Source of the DNA: Somniosus microcephalus
Lineage: Eukaryota
Length of the DNA: 64,000 bases
Direction of reading: 5' to 3'
NCBI GenBank assembly: GCA_052327205.1
Contig: CM126205.1
Location: forward strand, 119,350,001 to 119,414,000
Shown: piece after piece, positions 1 to 13,032 of the stretch
How positions within the stretch are numbered: position 1 is the stretch's first letter
Layout: each line of letters starts with the position of its first letter
Made by a program: the position numbers and the translations under genes
The notes under the pieces: model-generated
What the model saw: the letters and a program-made list of their open reading frames with translations, nothing else
Databases searched by the model: none
What the model was told of the DNA's origin: nothing

Positions 1-29
1 GCATCCAATTGCAGCTCCCACGCCGCAAT

Positions 30-1225
30 GCACTAGACACTGTCTATGATTATATTACACTACACAGGGTCTCTGTTTATATTACACGAGGCAGGGCCTC
101 TGTTTATATTACACTAGGCATGGTCTCTGATATAGTACACTGGACTCTGTCTCAGTTTATATTACACGAGACAGTGTATCTCTTAAAATTACACTAGACA
201 ATGTATCTGTTTATATTTCACTAGTCCCTTTCTCAGTTTTAACTACACTAGTGCCTCTCTCTTTTTATATTACACTCGACCCTGTCTGTTTATATTGCAC
301 TAGTCCCTGTCTCTGTTTATTTTGCTCTAGACCCTGTCTCTGTTTATATTACACTGGACGCTATCTCTGTTTATAATGCACTAGACCCTGTCTTTGTTTA
401 TATTACACTAGACCCTATTTCAGTTTATACTACACTAGAGCCTGTCTCTGTTTATATTACACTAGACCCTGTCTCTGTTTCTATTACACTAGGCTCTTTC
501 TCCATTTATATTACACTAGACCCTCTCTGTTAATATTACACTAGACACTGTTTCTGTTTATATTACACTAAACCCTGTCTCTGTTTATATTACACTAGGC
601 CCTGTCTCTGTTTATATTTCACTAGACCCTGTCTCTGTTTATATTACACTCGTCCCTGTCTCTGTTTATTTTGCACTAGACCCTGTCTCTGCTTATATTA
701 AACTGGACGCTGTCTCTGTTTATATTACACTAGACACTGTCTCTGTTTATATTACAATAAAGCCTGTCTCTGTTTATATTACACTAGACCCTGTCTCAGT
801 TTATATTAAACTAGAGCCTGTCTCTGTTTATATTACAGTAGACCCTGTCTCTGTTTATATTACACTAGGCCCTTTCTCAGCTTATATTATCCTAGGCCCT
901 CTCTGTTTATATTACACTAGACCCTGTCTCTGTTTATATTATACTCGACTCTGTCTCTGTTTCTATTACACTAGAACCTGTCTCAGTTTATATTACACTA
1001 GACCCTGTCTCTGTTTATATTACACTAGACCCTGTCTCTGTTTATATTACACTAGACACTTTCTATATAAATATTACACTAGACAGGGTCTCTGTTTATA
1101 TCACTCATGACAGGGTCTATGTTTATAATACACTAGACATGGTCTCTGGTTATAGTACACTGGACCCTGCCTCTTGTTGTATTACACGAGACCCTGCATC
1201 TGTTTACATTACATTAGATAATGTC
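30..1225. repeat. 27-bp minisatellite (TATATTACACTAGACCCTGTCTCTGTT)n, about 44 copies
   Basis: Tandem unit read directly; the edges are more diverged than the core. Confidence 0.95.
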
Positions 1226-1599
1226 ACATGGTCCTTCGAAGTTCAGCATAATGACTTGTAGGAGACATGTAATAAAATCAAAATGCTGATATATGAAATA
1301 TGTCCAAGTATAACTTTAATGGAAAAGTTTCAGAATTTTAAAATAGATGTAATTGCATTGGAAGACACTGAGAGATATTTCTGTGGCTTTGGCTTCATTT
1401 TGACAGCTTTTGTGGGCGTGTCCTCCACGTGAAGAGGCGGTACGCTGCCCTCCTGGCCCTCCTGAGGTCATACACTGCTCAGAACTCTGCAGCGCCGAGA
1501 AACCAGTCCTTATTCTGGACCTCACACTGGCTACGTTCGTTTTCTTTTTGTAGATCAGTGGCATAGTCCGTGTCTATGCTGCCCAACCGCCATTTTTCA

Positions 1600-4500
1600 G
1601 CCAATGTCCTCTCCCCCCACAAACTCCGTTCCCTGCTTACCGAATGCATCTCTCTCCCTGGCTTCTGTCTGAGGATTAAATTAGAATGTTGAAAACCTTG
1701 GCCTTCTATTTGACCCTGAGATGAGTTACCGATCACTTATCTGGTCCTTCACCAAGATCGCCTATTTCCACCTCTGGAACATCACCCATCTCCGCCGCTG
1801 TCTCAGCTCATCTGCTGCTGAAACCCTCATACTGGCCTTTGCTGCCTCAAGACTTGACTATCTATTGGTCTTCTGATCCGGCCTCATAACTTGCATTTTT
1901 AAGAGCTTGAACTCATCCAAAACGCGAGAGTTCACATCCTAACTCACACCAAGACCCATTCACCCACCATCCTAACTCACACTATCCACCATTCACCCAT
2001 CATCCTAACTCACACTAACCCCCATTCACCCATCATCTTAACTCACACTAACACCCATTCACCCATCATCCTAACTCACACTAACCCCCATTCACCCGTT
2101 ATCCTAACACTAAACCCATTCACCCATCATTCTAGCTCACACCAAGACACCTTCACCCATCATCCGAACGCACACCAGGAGCCATTCACCCATCATGCTA
2201 ACTCACACCAAGACCGATTCACACATCATCCTAATTCACACAAAGCCCCAACCACGTAGCATGAAAACTCTCATAAAGCCCCATTCACCCGTCATCCAAA
2301 CTCACACCAAGACCAATTCACCCATCATCCTAACTCACACTAAGCCCCATTCACCCATCATCCTTACTCAAACAAAACCCAACTCACCCATCATCCTAAC
2401 TCACACCAGGCCCCAGTCGCCCATCATCCTAACTCACACCAGGCCCCAGTCGCCCATCATCCTAACTCACACCCAGACCCATTCACCCATCATCCTACCT
2501 CACTCCATAAGACCCATTCACCCATCAACCTAACTCACACCAGGCCCCAGTCGCCCATCATCCTAACTTACACCCAGACCCATTCACCCATCATCCTAAC
2601 TTACACACAAGACCCATTCACCCATCATCATAACTCACACCAAGACCCATTCACCCATCATCCTAACTCAGACCAAGCCCCATTCACTCATCAACCTAAC
2701 ACGCACTAAGCCACATTCACCAATCATCCTAACTCACACCAAGACCCATTCAACCATCATCCTAACACACACCAAGCCCCAGTCGCCCATCATACTAACT
2801 CACACCAAGTCCCATTCACACATCATCCTAACTCACACCAAGGCCCATTCAACGATCATCCTTACTCACACCAAAACCCATTCACCCATCATCCTAACTC
2901 ACACCAAGGCCCAGTCACCCATCATCGTTACTCACACCCAGACCAATTCACCCATTATCCTAACTCACACCAAGACCCGTTCAGCCATCATGCTAACTCA
3001 TACCAAACCACATGGACTCATCATCCGAACTCACACAAAAACCCAATTCACCCATCGCCCGAACTCACACCCAGACGCATTCACCCATCATCCTAACTCA
3101 CACCCAGACCCATTCACCCATCATCCTAACTTGCACTAAGCCCCATTCACTCATCATCCTAACTCACACCAAGCCCCATTCACCCATCATCCTAACTCAC
3201 ACCAAGACCCAATTCACTCATCATTCTAACTCACACCAGGACCCATTCACCCAGCATCCTGACCCACACCAAACCCCATTCACCCATCATACTAACACAC
3301 ACCAAACCACATTTACCCATAATCCTGACTCACACCAAGACCCATTCATCCATCATCTTAACTCACACCAAGCTCCATTCTCCCATCATCCTAACTCACA
3401 CCACGCCCATTCACCCATCATCCTAACTCACACCAAACCCCATTCACCCAACATCCTAACTCACACCAAGCCCCATTCACCCAATATCCTAACTCACACC
3501 AAGACCCAATTCACCCATCGTCCGAACTCACACCCAGATGCATTCACCCATCATCGTTACTCACACCCAGACCCATTCACCCATCATCCTAACTCACACC
3601 AAGACCCGTTCACCCATCATGCTAACTCACACCAAACCACATTGACCCGTCATCCGAACTCACACCAAGACCCAATTCACCCATCGTCCAAACTCACACC
3701 CAGATGCATTCACCCATTATCCTAACTCACACCCAGACCCATTCACCCATCATCCTAACTTGCACTAAGCCCCATTCACCCAGCATCCTAACTCACACCA
3801 AACCCCATTCACCCATCATCCTAACACACACCAAACCACATTTACCCATAATCCTGACTCACACCAAAACCCATTCATCCTTCATGCTAACACACACCAA
3901 GCTCCATTCTTCCATCATCCTAACTCACGCCAAGCCCATTCACCCATCATCCTAACTCACACCAAGCCCCATTCACACAACATCCTAACACACACCAATC
4001 CCCATTCACCCAACATCCTAACTCACACCAAGACCCATTCACCCATCATCCTAACTCACACCAAGACCGATTCACTCACCATCCTTATTCACACCAAGAC
4101 CCAATTCACCCATCATCCTAACTCACACAAGGCCCCATTCACCCAACATACTAAATCACACCATGCCCCATTCACCCAACATCCTAACTCACTCCAAGAC
4201 CCATTCACCCATCATCCTAACTCACACCAAGACCCATTCACCCATCATCCTAACTCACACCAAGACCCAATTCACCCATCACCCTAACTCACAAAAAGCG
4301 CCATTCACCCATCATCCTAAATCACACTAAGCCGATTCACCCATCATCCTAACTCACACCAAGCCCATTCACCCATCATCCTAACTCACACCAAACCACA
4401 TTCACCCATCATCCTATCTCGCTCAAATCCCCATGCACCCATCATCCTAACTCACACCAAGCCCCATTCACCCATCATCCTGTGCTTGCTGATGTACATT

Positions 4501-4900
4501 GGCTCCCAATCCATTAACACCTTGATTTTCAAATTCTCCCCCTTGATTTCAAATCCCTGAATGGCCGCACCCCTCCCTATCTCTGTTATCTCCTCCAGCC
4601 CTACAACTCTCCATGATCTCTGCACTGCCCCAATTCTGCCCTCTTGTGCATCCCCGATTTTCATCACTTCACCATTGGTGGCTGTGCCTTGAGATGCCAA
4701 GGCGCTAAGCTTTGGAATTCCCTTATCTCTCCGCCTCTGTCCCGCTCTCCTCCTTTAAGACGCTCCTCTTTGACCAAGCTTTTTAATCACCTCTCCTAAT
4801 ATCTCCTTACGTGGCTTTGTGTCAAATCTTGTTTTATTTATGTTCCTGTGAAGCGCCTTGGAAGGCTTTACTCAGTTAAAAGTGGTTCATGAATCAAAGT
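1600..4900 (+). mobile_element. Degenerate L2-clade LINE 3' fragment, split by an internal minisatellite
   Basis: 1740-1935 translates to TKIAYFHLWNI..SSSAAETLILAFAASRLDY..LELIQN; after the array, 4480 onward gives (frameshifted) PVLADVHWLP..LDFQIL and SLNGRTPPYL. Both are typical of the L2 RT C-terminus. Confidence 0.85.
1935..4480. repeat. 33-bp minisatellite (ATCCTAACTCACACCAAGACCCATTCACCCATC)n, about 77 copies, derived from L2 coding sequence
   Basis: The unit encodes ILTHTKTHSPI, matching the L2 ORF2 motif ILTRTKSRSPI; L2 sequence continues on both sides. Confidence 0.93.
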
Positions 4901-5374
4901 TAATGCTAATTAATGCAATTTAAAGTTTATCAATTGTTGTACCTAGGCTTCACCAACCCCTTCACGTGAGATATGAAGCAACCATCATTTCAGCTGAAAC
5001 GAGGTTTAGTCTACATCTCAAAGCCGCTGTTTTTCTGTTCATAGGTGTCGAAATGTTGCTTTAGTGGGAGGCTGAATAATAACAATCGAGAATTACATGG
5101 GTGGCATAACTTTAATTTGGGGAGGGCTGCGATCAGAACCTCAGACTGTGAGATTAGTGACAAGCTGACAAGGCTCCCTGTCACTGAACAACACGGAAAT
5201 TACAGCACGGGGAACAGGCCCTTCGGCCCTTGTTGTCGGTGTTAGCTCTCTACAACTGCACTATTCCTAATCCCGCTTTCCAGCCCTGTGTCCATATCCC
5301 TTTATCCCCCTTTCTTCAACCACATATCCAACCAATTCTTCAAGGTTGGCACACTCTCTGCTCCAATCAGTAAG

Positions 5375-5530
5375 AAAGGACTGTATTGATACGGGACCTT
5401 TATTAACCTCAGTCATTCCAAAGCACTTCACTGCCAATGAAGTGCTTTTGAAGTATAGGCACTCTTGCCCCTTGAGTCGGAAGGTTGTGAGTTTGAGCCC
5501 CGCACTCCAGAGACTTGAGCCCCATAATTA
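5375..5530. mobile_element. SINE fragments (tRNA-derived head and L2-type tail pieces)
   Basis: CTTGAGTCGGAAGGTTGTGAGTTTGAGCCCC..CTCCAGAGACTTGAGC resembles the reverse complement of the SINE head at about 49460-49515. The tail motif CCCAAAGCRCTT..GCCAATGAAGT recurs at about 61240. Confidence 0.55.
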
Positions 5531-7100
5531 AGGGCCCACATGTCCGGTGCCAATACTTGATTTGATTGGGAGTGATGAAAGTCTGGGGAATCATTGCTAG
5601 ATCAAGAAACGTCAATCGATTCGGAGTGATAACAATGTTTGGAATATTTGAAAGGTCGAGAAACATTAATCGATTGCAAGCTGTCCATTGTTTCAGAAAA
5701 TTGAGTGGTGGGGAACAATCAATAGATCGAAAACATCACTGGATTCAGAAACATCTATTGTCTGGAAAACACAACGAAGGACGAAAGTATTGAGAAATAA
5801 CACTTGTTCATAATATGGCGACCTTGAAAATATCAGTGTGTCTGGAAATCTCTCTCTCTTCATCTGTCGCAATTTCTGTCAGTTGGTGCAGAAACAGTTT
5901 ATTACTCCTGACAGCGGGAATGGGAACTGCACAGAATCCACATTAGTAATCTCTAGATTATGGAAGAGAGCCTCTTATACAAGGGGAGGGGGCCAATCAG
6001 GAATAATTCAAATCGGAGCCATTCACTGGAAAGCACATCGCCAATAACACTTCAATATTAATTACTATTTGTGAAGCACTTTGGGACATTAAGAAATGAT
6101 TTGAAGCTTTGAAGCCTAGAAAATGGCATCTTATTTCAGTCTTTATATCCCTATACCACAGTCCTCCACGACCCTAAAGAATCGCACAGCAAAAATACAA
6201 CCTTCTGAGAAATAGGATTCTTTTCATCTCATGTCATAGAGCACTGATTCTATAATCTTGTCAAAAATTATGATTCAAATCACCATGTACAGCAACTTCA
6301 CTGACTCAGCGCTGTCTGTCTGATATACCACGCCCACTCAAACCATATAGCTCCATCGCGGTGAACCCTTACCACCAACGTGAGCACATCTCAGTGAAGC
6401 ACTGACCTCACCCGCCCAACTCGTGAACAATTTATTCCATGGATGAATGGACTCAATGGAAAGACTCTGGGGAGAGCGGTTAAAGGGGTTAAGGCCATTT
6501 TAATTTGCGACCGCAATGTGCAAAATCCACAGGACATATTTCACTGTGGCAATGATTACAATGAATATATGGCGGGAAATAAAGTCACAGTTCATGCTCT
6601 TTTTATCCACGCTGTTCAGAATATTCTGACCACAACAGTCTCACAGAGGAGCAAGTATTTAGGTGGGGAAGTGAGATGATGAGGTACCCATTGATCTGCT
6701 ATGTTCCCGATGTGGTTGAAGCAATTCGGGTGAGGATATGTTGAGTTCTTTGTTGTATATGAAGGACCACATGTTCCAAATATTATACTTGTCTCTTCTC
6801 ATCCCACTCACTTGTTTGCTTTATATCTCTGAGATGAATATTCCCCATCACCAGAGAAGGAGCACCAGTACCGCATGGATTACTTCAGGGTTCTCCTGTT
6901 GAAATTCATCTCTCTGGTTATGGATGCCATAGGGATTGCAATGATGGAGAAAATCAGGAAGGACTGAAGGCACCATACTGATACAAATGTAAATGGGCTG
7001 CTTCATGTCAGATAGTAGACCATCAAAAAGATGAGAATGTTGCACGGCAGTATACATGCCCATCTATCCATCCTTCCAATCATCCATCCACCACTCCATT

Positions 7101-7327
7101 NNNNNNNNNNNNNNNNNNNNNNNNNNNNNNNNNNNNNNNNNNNNNNNNNNNNNNNNNNNNNNNNNNNNNNNNNNNNNNNNNNNNNNNNNNNNNNNNNNNN
7201 NNNNNNNNNNNNNNNNNNNNNNNNNNNNNNNNNNNNNNNNNNNNNNNNNNNNNNNNNNNNNNNNNNNNNNNNNNNNNNNNNNNNNNNNNNNNNNNNNNNN
7301 NNNNNNNNNNNNNNNNNNNNNNNNNNN
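7101..7327. other. Assembly gap (N run)
   Basis: 227 N bases. Confidence 1.
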
Positions 7328-8146
7328 TCCAACTGACTGTTGCGACTAGCAGGGTATCCGAGACGTTGGTTAAAGTTTCTTTGTTAAGTGATGGGAAGAG
7401 TTTCTCACGATATTATAAAATAGGATCAGAGAATATTAAATTGGTCCACATACCATTTAATTAAATTATTGTCAAATAAATACAATTCTAGATAATTCAG
7501 TCCATTTATTCAGCACAGCATAAAGCGCTGGAGAGAGATTTTAATGACTCCATACCCACACTCTAATGAGATGAGTGGGAATCACAAAGTAAATAAAATA
7601 GAGCTGGAATTGCCTTGAACCCGCTGCACTTCCTTGAATATTCTCAGACTTCTGCACCTGATTTAAACTAAAGGCTCTCTTATTACTGATTAGCAGCCGC
7701 GCACTGGGCAGTTTAATTTGTGCTGATTCGGGTTCCTCAACAAGCCCTTTCATAACCCGGCTACCAATGGGTAGATAAATGCCCAGTTTGGGACCTGTTT
7801 CAGTGGGAGATAAAGCATTTATTCTTGTGATATTCTGTAACATACCACCAAGTCCTGATAAACATTGTGATTTTCAAATATATTAATGTGCCAAAATATG
7901 CATTTCAAGAATGTAAATGCCATTTCCAATATGTTCGACACATGATAACCGCACAAATCATCAGGTTATGGATTTATTTCAGGTACAGTCTCAGAAACCG
8001 TGTTTCAATTATGATCGGGGCTCAAAATACTCCCGCATGTCTGACAATACTTGGCTCGCGAGATATAGACCACCCACGACCACAGTTACTCCAGAAACAG
8101 CGGCACATGTTAGAGCTCTAACAGGATGAGGTGTTAGTATATTTTA

Positions 8147-8834
8147 CATAAGAACATAAGACGTAGCAGCAGGAGTTGGTCATTTGGCCCCTCGAGCCTG
8201 CTCTGCCATTCAATAAGATCATGGTTGATCTGATCTTGGCTTCAACTTCACTTCCCTGCCCGTTCCCCATAACCCTTAACTCCCTTATCATTCAAAAATC
8301 TGCCTATCTCCACCTTAAATATATTCAGTGACCCAGCTTCCATAGCTCTCTGGGGAAGAGAATGTCAAAGATTCACGACCCTCAGAGATGAAATTCCTCC
8401 TGATTTCCGTTTTAAATGGGTGCCCCCCTCATTCTGAAATTATGAACCTAGTACTGGATTCCCCCACGAGGGGAAACATCCTCTCTCTGCATCTACCCTG
8501 TCAAGCCCCATCAGAAACTTATATGTTTCAATAAGATCCCCTCTCATTCTTCTAAACTCCAATGAGTATAGGTTCAACCTGCTCAACCTTTCTTCATGTT
8601 AGGCTAACTGTTCTATCGTTGCCTGCTTTCTTTCTCCCTCCTTTCTTAAATAGGGGCGTTACATTTTCGGTTTTCCAGTCTGCTGGGACCTCTCCAGAAT
8701 CCAGGGAATTTTGTTAAATTACAAACAATGCATCCACTATCCCTGCAGCCACCTCCTTTAAGAACCTAGGATGCAGGCCATCGAGTCCAGTGGACTTGTC
8801 AGACTTTATTCCCATTAGTTTACCTAGTACTTTC
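8147..8834 (-). mobile_element. CR1 LINE fragment (3' end joined to RT N-terminal part); target of the LTR insertion, resumes about 13279-13304
   Basis: (CATAAGAA)n tail at the left end. The minus strand encodes EERLSRLNLYSLEFRRMRGDL and GLHPRFLKEVAAGIVDAL. Confidence 0.9.
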
Positions 8835-9069
8835 TGTGGTAAACCACTGTTTGTTATTGTTGTTGTTGTTGTTGCACACTGTTGTGCCTATGCATGCCTC
8901 CGCTGACTCCGCCCCTGGCTCCACCCACATTCCCGGGTATAAAGGTGACTGCTCTGCAGCCCCCTGCCCTTTTGGATACCAGGCAACCACGAGAGGCATG
9001 CTCTGTTCTTTGCTAATAAAAGCCTATTAATTAACTCTCTGTCTTTTATGAGGAATTGATAGTGTATCA
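8835..9069 (+). repeat. 5' LTR (235 bp) with TATAAA (8938) and AATAAA (9015)
   Basis: Differs from the 3' LTR by 4 substitutions and a 6-bp microsatellite indel. Confidence 0.97.
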
Positions 9070-9088
9070 ATTTTATTAGCAAAGCAAA

Positions 9089-12000
9089 ATGTCGGGTCCA
9101 AATGTTGAACAGCAGGAGCTGCATCAACCGACAGCGCCAAACACTGAGCAGCAGGCACTGCTGTGAGCCCTCAGACCAACATGCCTGGACCTAGACCCCC
9201 AAGAAGCGGGTTAGGCTACCAAATTCGCACAATGTCTGCGTTGCTTTGAGGCATACCTGGAAGCCTCAACTGTGACCCTAGATGAAAACAAGCTGAAAAT
9301 CCTGGCCTCAAAGGTGAGCCACCAAGCCTATACTCTAATCAAGGACGCGACGACCTACGCGGCGGCTATCGATCTGCTAAAAGGGCAATACGCACACCCG
9401 GTAAATACGGTCTATGCCAGGCACCTTTTAAGATCCCGCAGACAGCAGCCCAGGGAATCGGTGGAGGCTTTCCTACGGGCACTGCGGATACTCGGCCGAG
9501 GCTGCGATTGCAAAGAAGTATCAGCCGCAGCACACACGGAGGGACCGATCCGAGATGCTTTCGTTGCGGGTCTAAGGTCCGACTACTCCCGGCAGAGACT
9601 GTTGGAGAAGGGAGAAATAGACCTGAAAAAGGCAGTGTCCCTCGCGCTCTCGCTCGACGTGGCCCATAGGAATATGGACGCTTTCTCCCCTAACCGCTCC
9701 GCACCGTGGACGCCGCAAGCTTGGGTCATGGGACCGCCACCTCCAGCTGCTGCAGCGATGTCCAAGGCACAGAAATGTTATTTTTGTGGCCAGGCAAAAC
9801 ACACCAGAGCACGCAGCCCGGAGAAAAACGCCTCCTGCTCCGGCTGCGGGAAGAAAGGACACTATGTCAGCGCCTGCAAAGGCAAAACTGCTAACGCCAG
9901 CAGCGCCACGTGTGAACCGTCGGGGCAGCCATCTTGTCCACCATCTTGGGCTCCCCCAGCTGCGTGGGGATCGGGATCATGGGGGCCGCCATTTTGTCCA
10001 CCATCTTGGACGCCTCCAACTTCAATCACGGGGGACCCGGACTCAACCACCGCCTCATCTGACGCCCACATCGACTCGCTTGGCCATACACTGGCCTCCG
10101 TGACACTGGACCAATCTCTCCATCATCAACTGTCCAGGTCCATGATGGACATTACGGCAAACGGCCGTGCCACTACCTGCCTTTCTGACAGCGGGAGCAC
10201 GGAGAGTTTTATGCACCCCGACACGGTGCGCAGTTACTCTCTCCAGGTCCTGCCGACGCACCATTGGATCTCTATGGCTTCCAAAGCCCAGTCAGCAGAC
10301 GTCGGTGGCTACTGTGTGGTGACCCTTTCGGTACGGGGCACAGAATACAAAAATTTTAAACTTCTGGTCCTGCCCCATCTCTGCGCTGCCGTTCTACTGG
10401 GGTTGGATTTTCAGTGCCACCTTAAAAGTGTCACATTGGCATATGGCGGACCCCTCCCCCCACTCACAGTCTGCAGCCAGCAGCTTTTAAATCACCCGCC
10501 GCGCACCACCTGCAGCCTCTCTACCCTTAAAGTCCCCCCCCTCCTTTTTTGCTAACCTCACCCGCGACTGTAAGCCCACCGCTACTAAAAGCAGGCGTTA
10601 CAGTGCCGGGGATAGGAGTTTCATTAAATCTGAGTTAGCGAGACTCCTGAAGGAAGGGATTATTGAGAGTAGCACCAGCCCATGGCGAGCACAAGTGGTG
10701 GTGGTGAAGACTGGTGGAAAACAATGCCTAGTTATCGACTACAGCCAGACGATCAATCGCTACACCCAGTTGGATGCATACCCACTCCCCCGCATATCTG
10801 ACATGGTCAATCAGATAGCACAATACCGGGTGTTCTCGACGATTGATCTGAAGTCGGCACACCACCAGCTACCCATCAGGGCTGAGGACCGCCAGTACAC
10901 AGCTTTTGAAGCTGACGGTCGTCTCTACCACTTCCTCAGAGTTCCCTTCGGCGTCACCAACGGGGTTTCAGTCTTCCAACGGGAGATGGACTGGATGGTT
11001 GACCAGAACGCGCTCCAGGCCACTTTCCCCTATCTAGACAACGTCACCATCTGCGGCCACGACCAGCAGGACCATGATGTTAACCTAGAGAAATTCCTCC
11101 GTATGGCCCAGCGGCTGAACCTAACATACAACAAGGACAAATGTATGTTTCGTACCACGACAGAATGCGCCCCCTTATGGAGCTCCCCCTCCCCCGCTGC
11201 CAAAAAGCACTGAAGTGATGCCTAGGGTTTTTCTCGTGCTATGCTCAGTGGGTGCCCAACTATGTGGACAAAGCCAGACCCCTCATCAAGTCCGCCTCCT
11301 TCCCCCTGACAGCAGAGGCATGTGCAGCCTTCACTCTCATAAAAAGAAACATTGCAAAGGCCACAATGCACGCAGTGGATGAGTCCATCCCTTTCCAAGT
11401 GGAGAGCAACGCATCCGACTTTGCCCTAGCTGCAACCTTTAACCAGGCGGGGAGACCCGTGGCCTTTTTCTCAAGGACCCTCCAGGGCCCCGAGATTCGA
11501 CACTCTTCTGTCCAAAAGGAGGCTCAGGCCATTGTGGAAGCTGTGCGACATTGGAGGCATTACCTGGCCGGAAAACTATTTACCCTGCTCACTGACCAGC
11601 GTTCAGTAGCTTTTATGTTTAATAATAAGCAGAGGGGCAAAATCAAGAATGACAAGATCTTGAGGTGGAGAATCGAACTCTCCACCTACAATTACGATAT
11701 CTTGTACCGGCCCGGGAAACTCAATGAGCCCCCAGATGCCCTATCACGTGGTACATGCGCCAATGCGCAGGTTGATAGACTGAAGACCCTCCACAATGAC
11801 CTCTGCCACCCGGGGGTCACCAGGTTCTTCCATTTCATCAAATCCCATAACCTGCCCTACTCCATCGAGGAGGTCAGGACCTTGACCAGGAACTGCCAAA
11901 TCTGTGCCGAGTGCAAACCGCATTTTTATAGGCCAGACAGAGCGAGCCTGATCAAAGCCACGTGCCCCTTTGAGCGGCTGAGCGGCGATTTCAAAGGGCC

Positions 12001-12973
12001 CCTCCCCTCCTCTGACCGCAATGTGTACTTCCTCAATATAATTGACGAGTACACCCGTTTCCCATTTGCCATCCCTTGCTCAGACATGACCAGTACCACG
12101 GTCATTAAATGTCTGAATGACCTCTTCGCCTTGTTCGGTTTCCCTAGCTATATTCATAGCGACAGGGGCTCATCCTTTATGAGCGACGAACTTCGTCAGT
12201 ACCTGCTCGCGAGAGGTATTGCTACAAGCAGGACCACGAGCTACAACCCCCGGGGGAATGGCCAGGTGGAAAGAGAGAATGCGATGGTCTGGAAGGCAGT
12301 CCTTTTAAACTTGAAATCTAAGGGCCTTCCGACCTCTCGCTGGCAGGAGGTCCTCCCTGCGGCGCTCCATTCCATTCGGTCACTGTTTTGTACAGCCACC
12401 AATGCCACCCCTCATGAGAGAATGTTCTCCTTCCCCAGGAAGTCCACATCGGGGATCTCGTTACTGACATGGCTGACTTCTCCAGGACCCGTCCTACTGC
12501 GGAAGCACGTGAGGTCCCATAAGACGGACCCCCTGGTCGAGAGGGTGAGCCTCCTCCATGCCAACCCTCAGTATGCTTACGTGGTGTACCCGGACGGGCG
12601 GGAGGACACAGTCTCCACACGAGACCTCGCACCTTCGAGTGCTCCCGAAACACTTCCTTCGCCACCCACCACTACCCACGCCTACCCCCAGTATGCTTAC
12701 GTAGCGTACCCGGACCGGCGGGAGGATACTGTCTCCACACGAGACCTCGCACCTTCGGGTGCCCCTGAGACACCACCATCGCCACCCACCACTACCCACA
12801 CCCCGACCCCTGTAGACGGCATGCTGCAGCCCCAGGACCCGCCATTGACTACGCAACCTCTCATCAACGAGACGCCAGGTTCGGCGTTGGATGCTGCATC
12901 ATCACCGCCACTGCTACGACGATCTGGACGGCATACAAGGCCACCTGATAGACTTAACTACACGAACTTTTAG
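9089..12973 (+). pseudogene. Gypsy gag-pol polyprotein, disrupted
   Basis: Two Zn knuckles (CYFCGQAKH..., CSGCGKKGHYVSAC), protease DSGS, RT (YPLPRI, PFGVTNG, YLDN), RNase H (RPVAFFSRTL, LLTDQR), integrase (HNDLCHPG..CQIC, HSDRGSSF, GNGQVEREN). Lesions: two early stops in gag, a frameshift near 10545, and a deletion/frameshift near 11160. Confidence 0.93.
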
Positions 12974-13032
12974 TTTACACGAACTTTTAGTACACTTCAC
13001 CCCACCGGACTCAATTTTAAACAAGGGGTGAA

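Noticed and set aside
2195-3955. His/Thr/Pro-rich ORFs
   Set aside because: Translation by-products of the 33-bp satellite.
7003-7349. ORFs made of X residues
   Set aside because: Artefacts of the N gap.
8836-9030. Signal-peptide-like ORF MVNHCLLLLLLLL (also 13028-13234)
   Set aside because: Lies within the LTR; the poly-Leu comes from a (TTG)n microsatellite.
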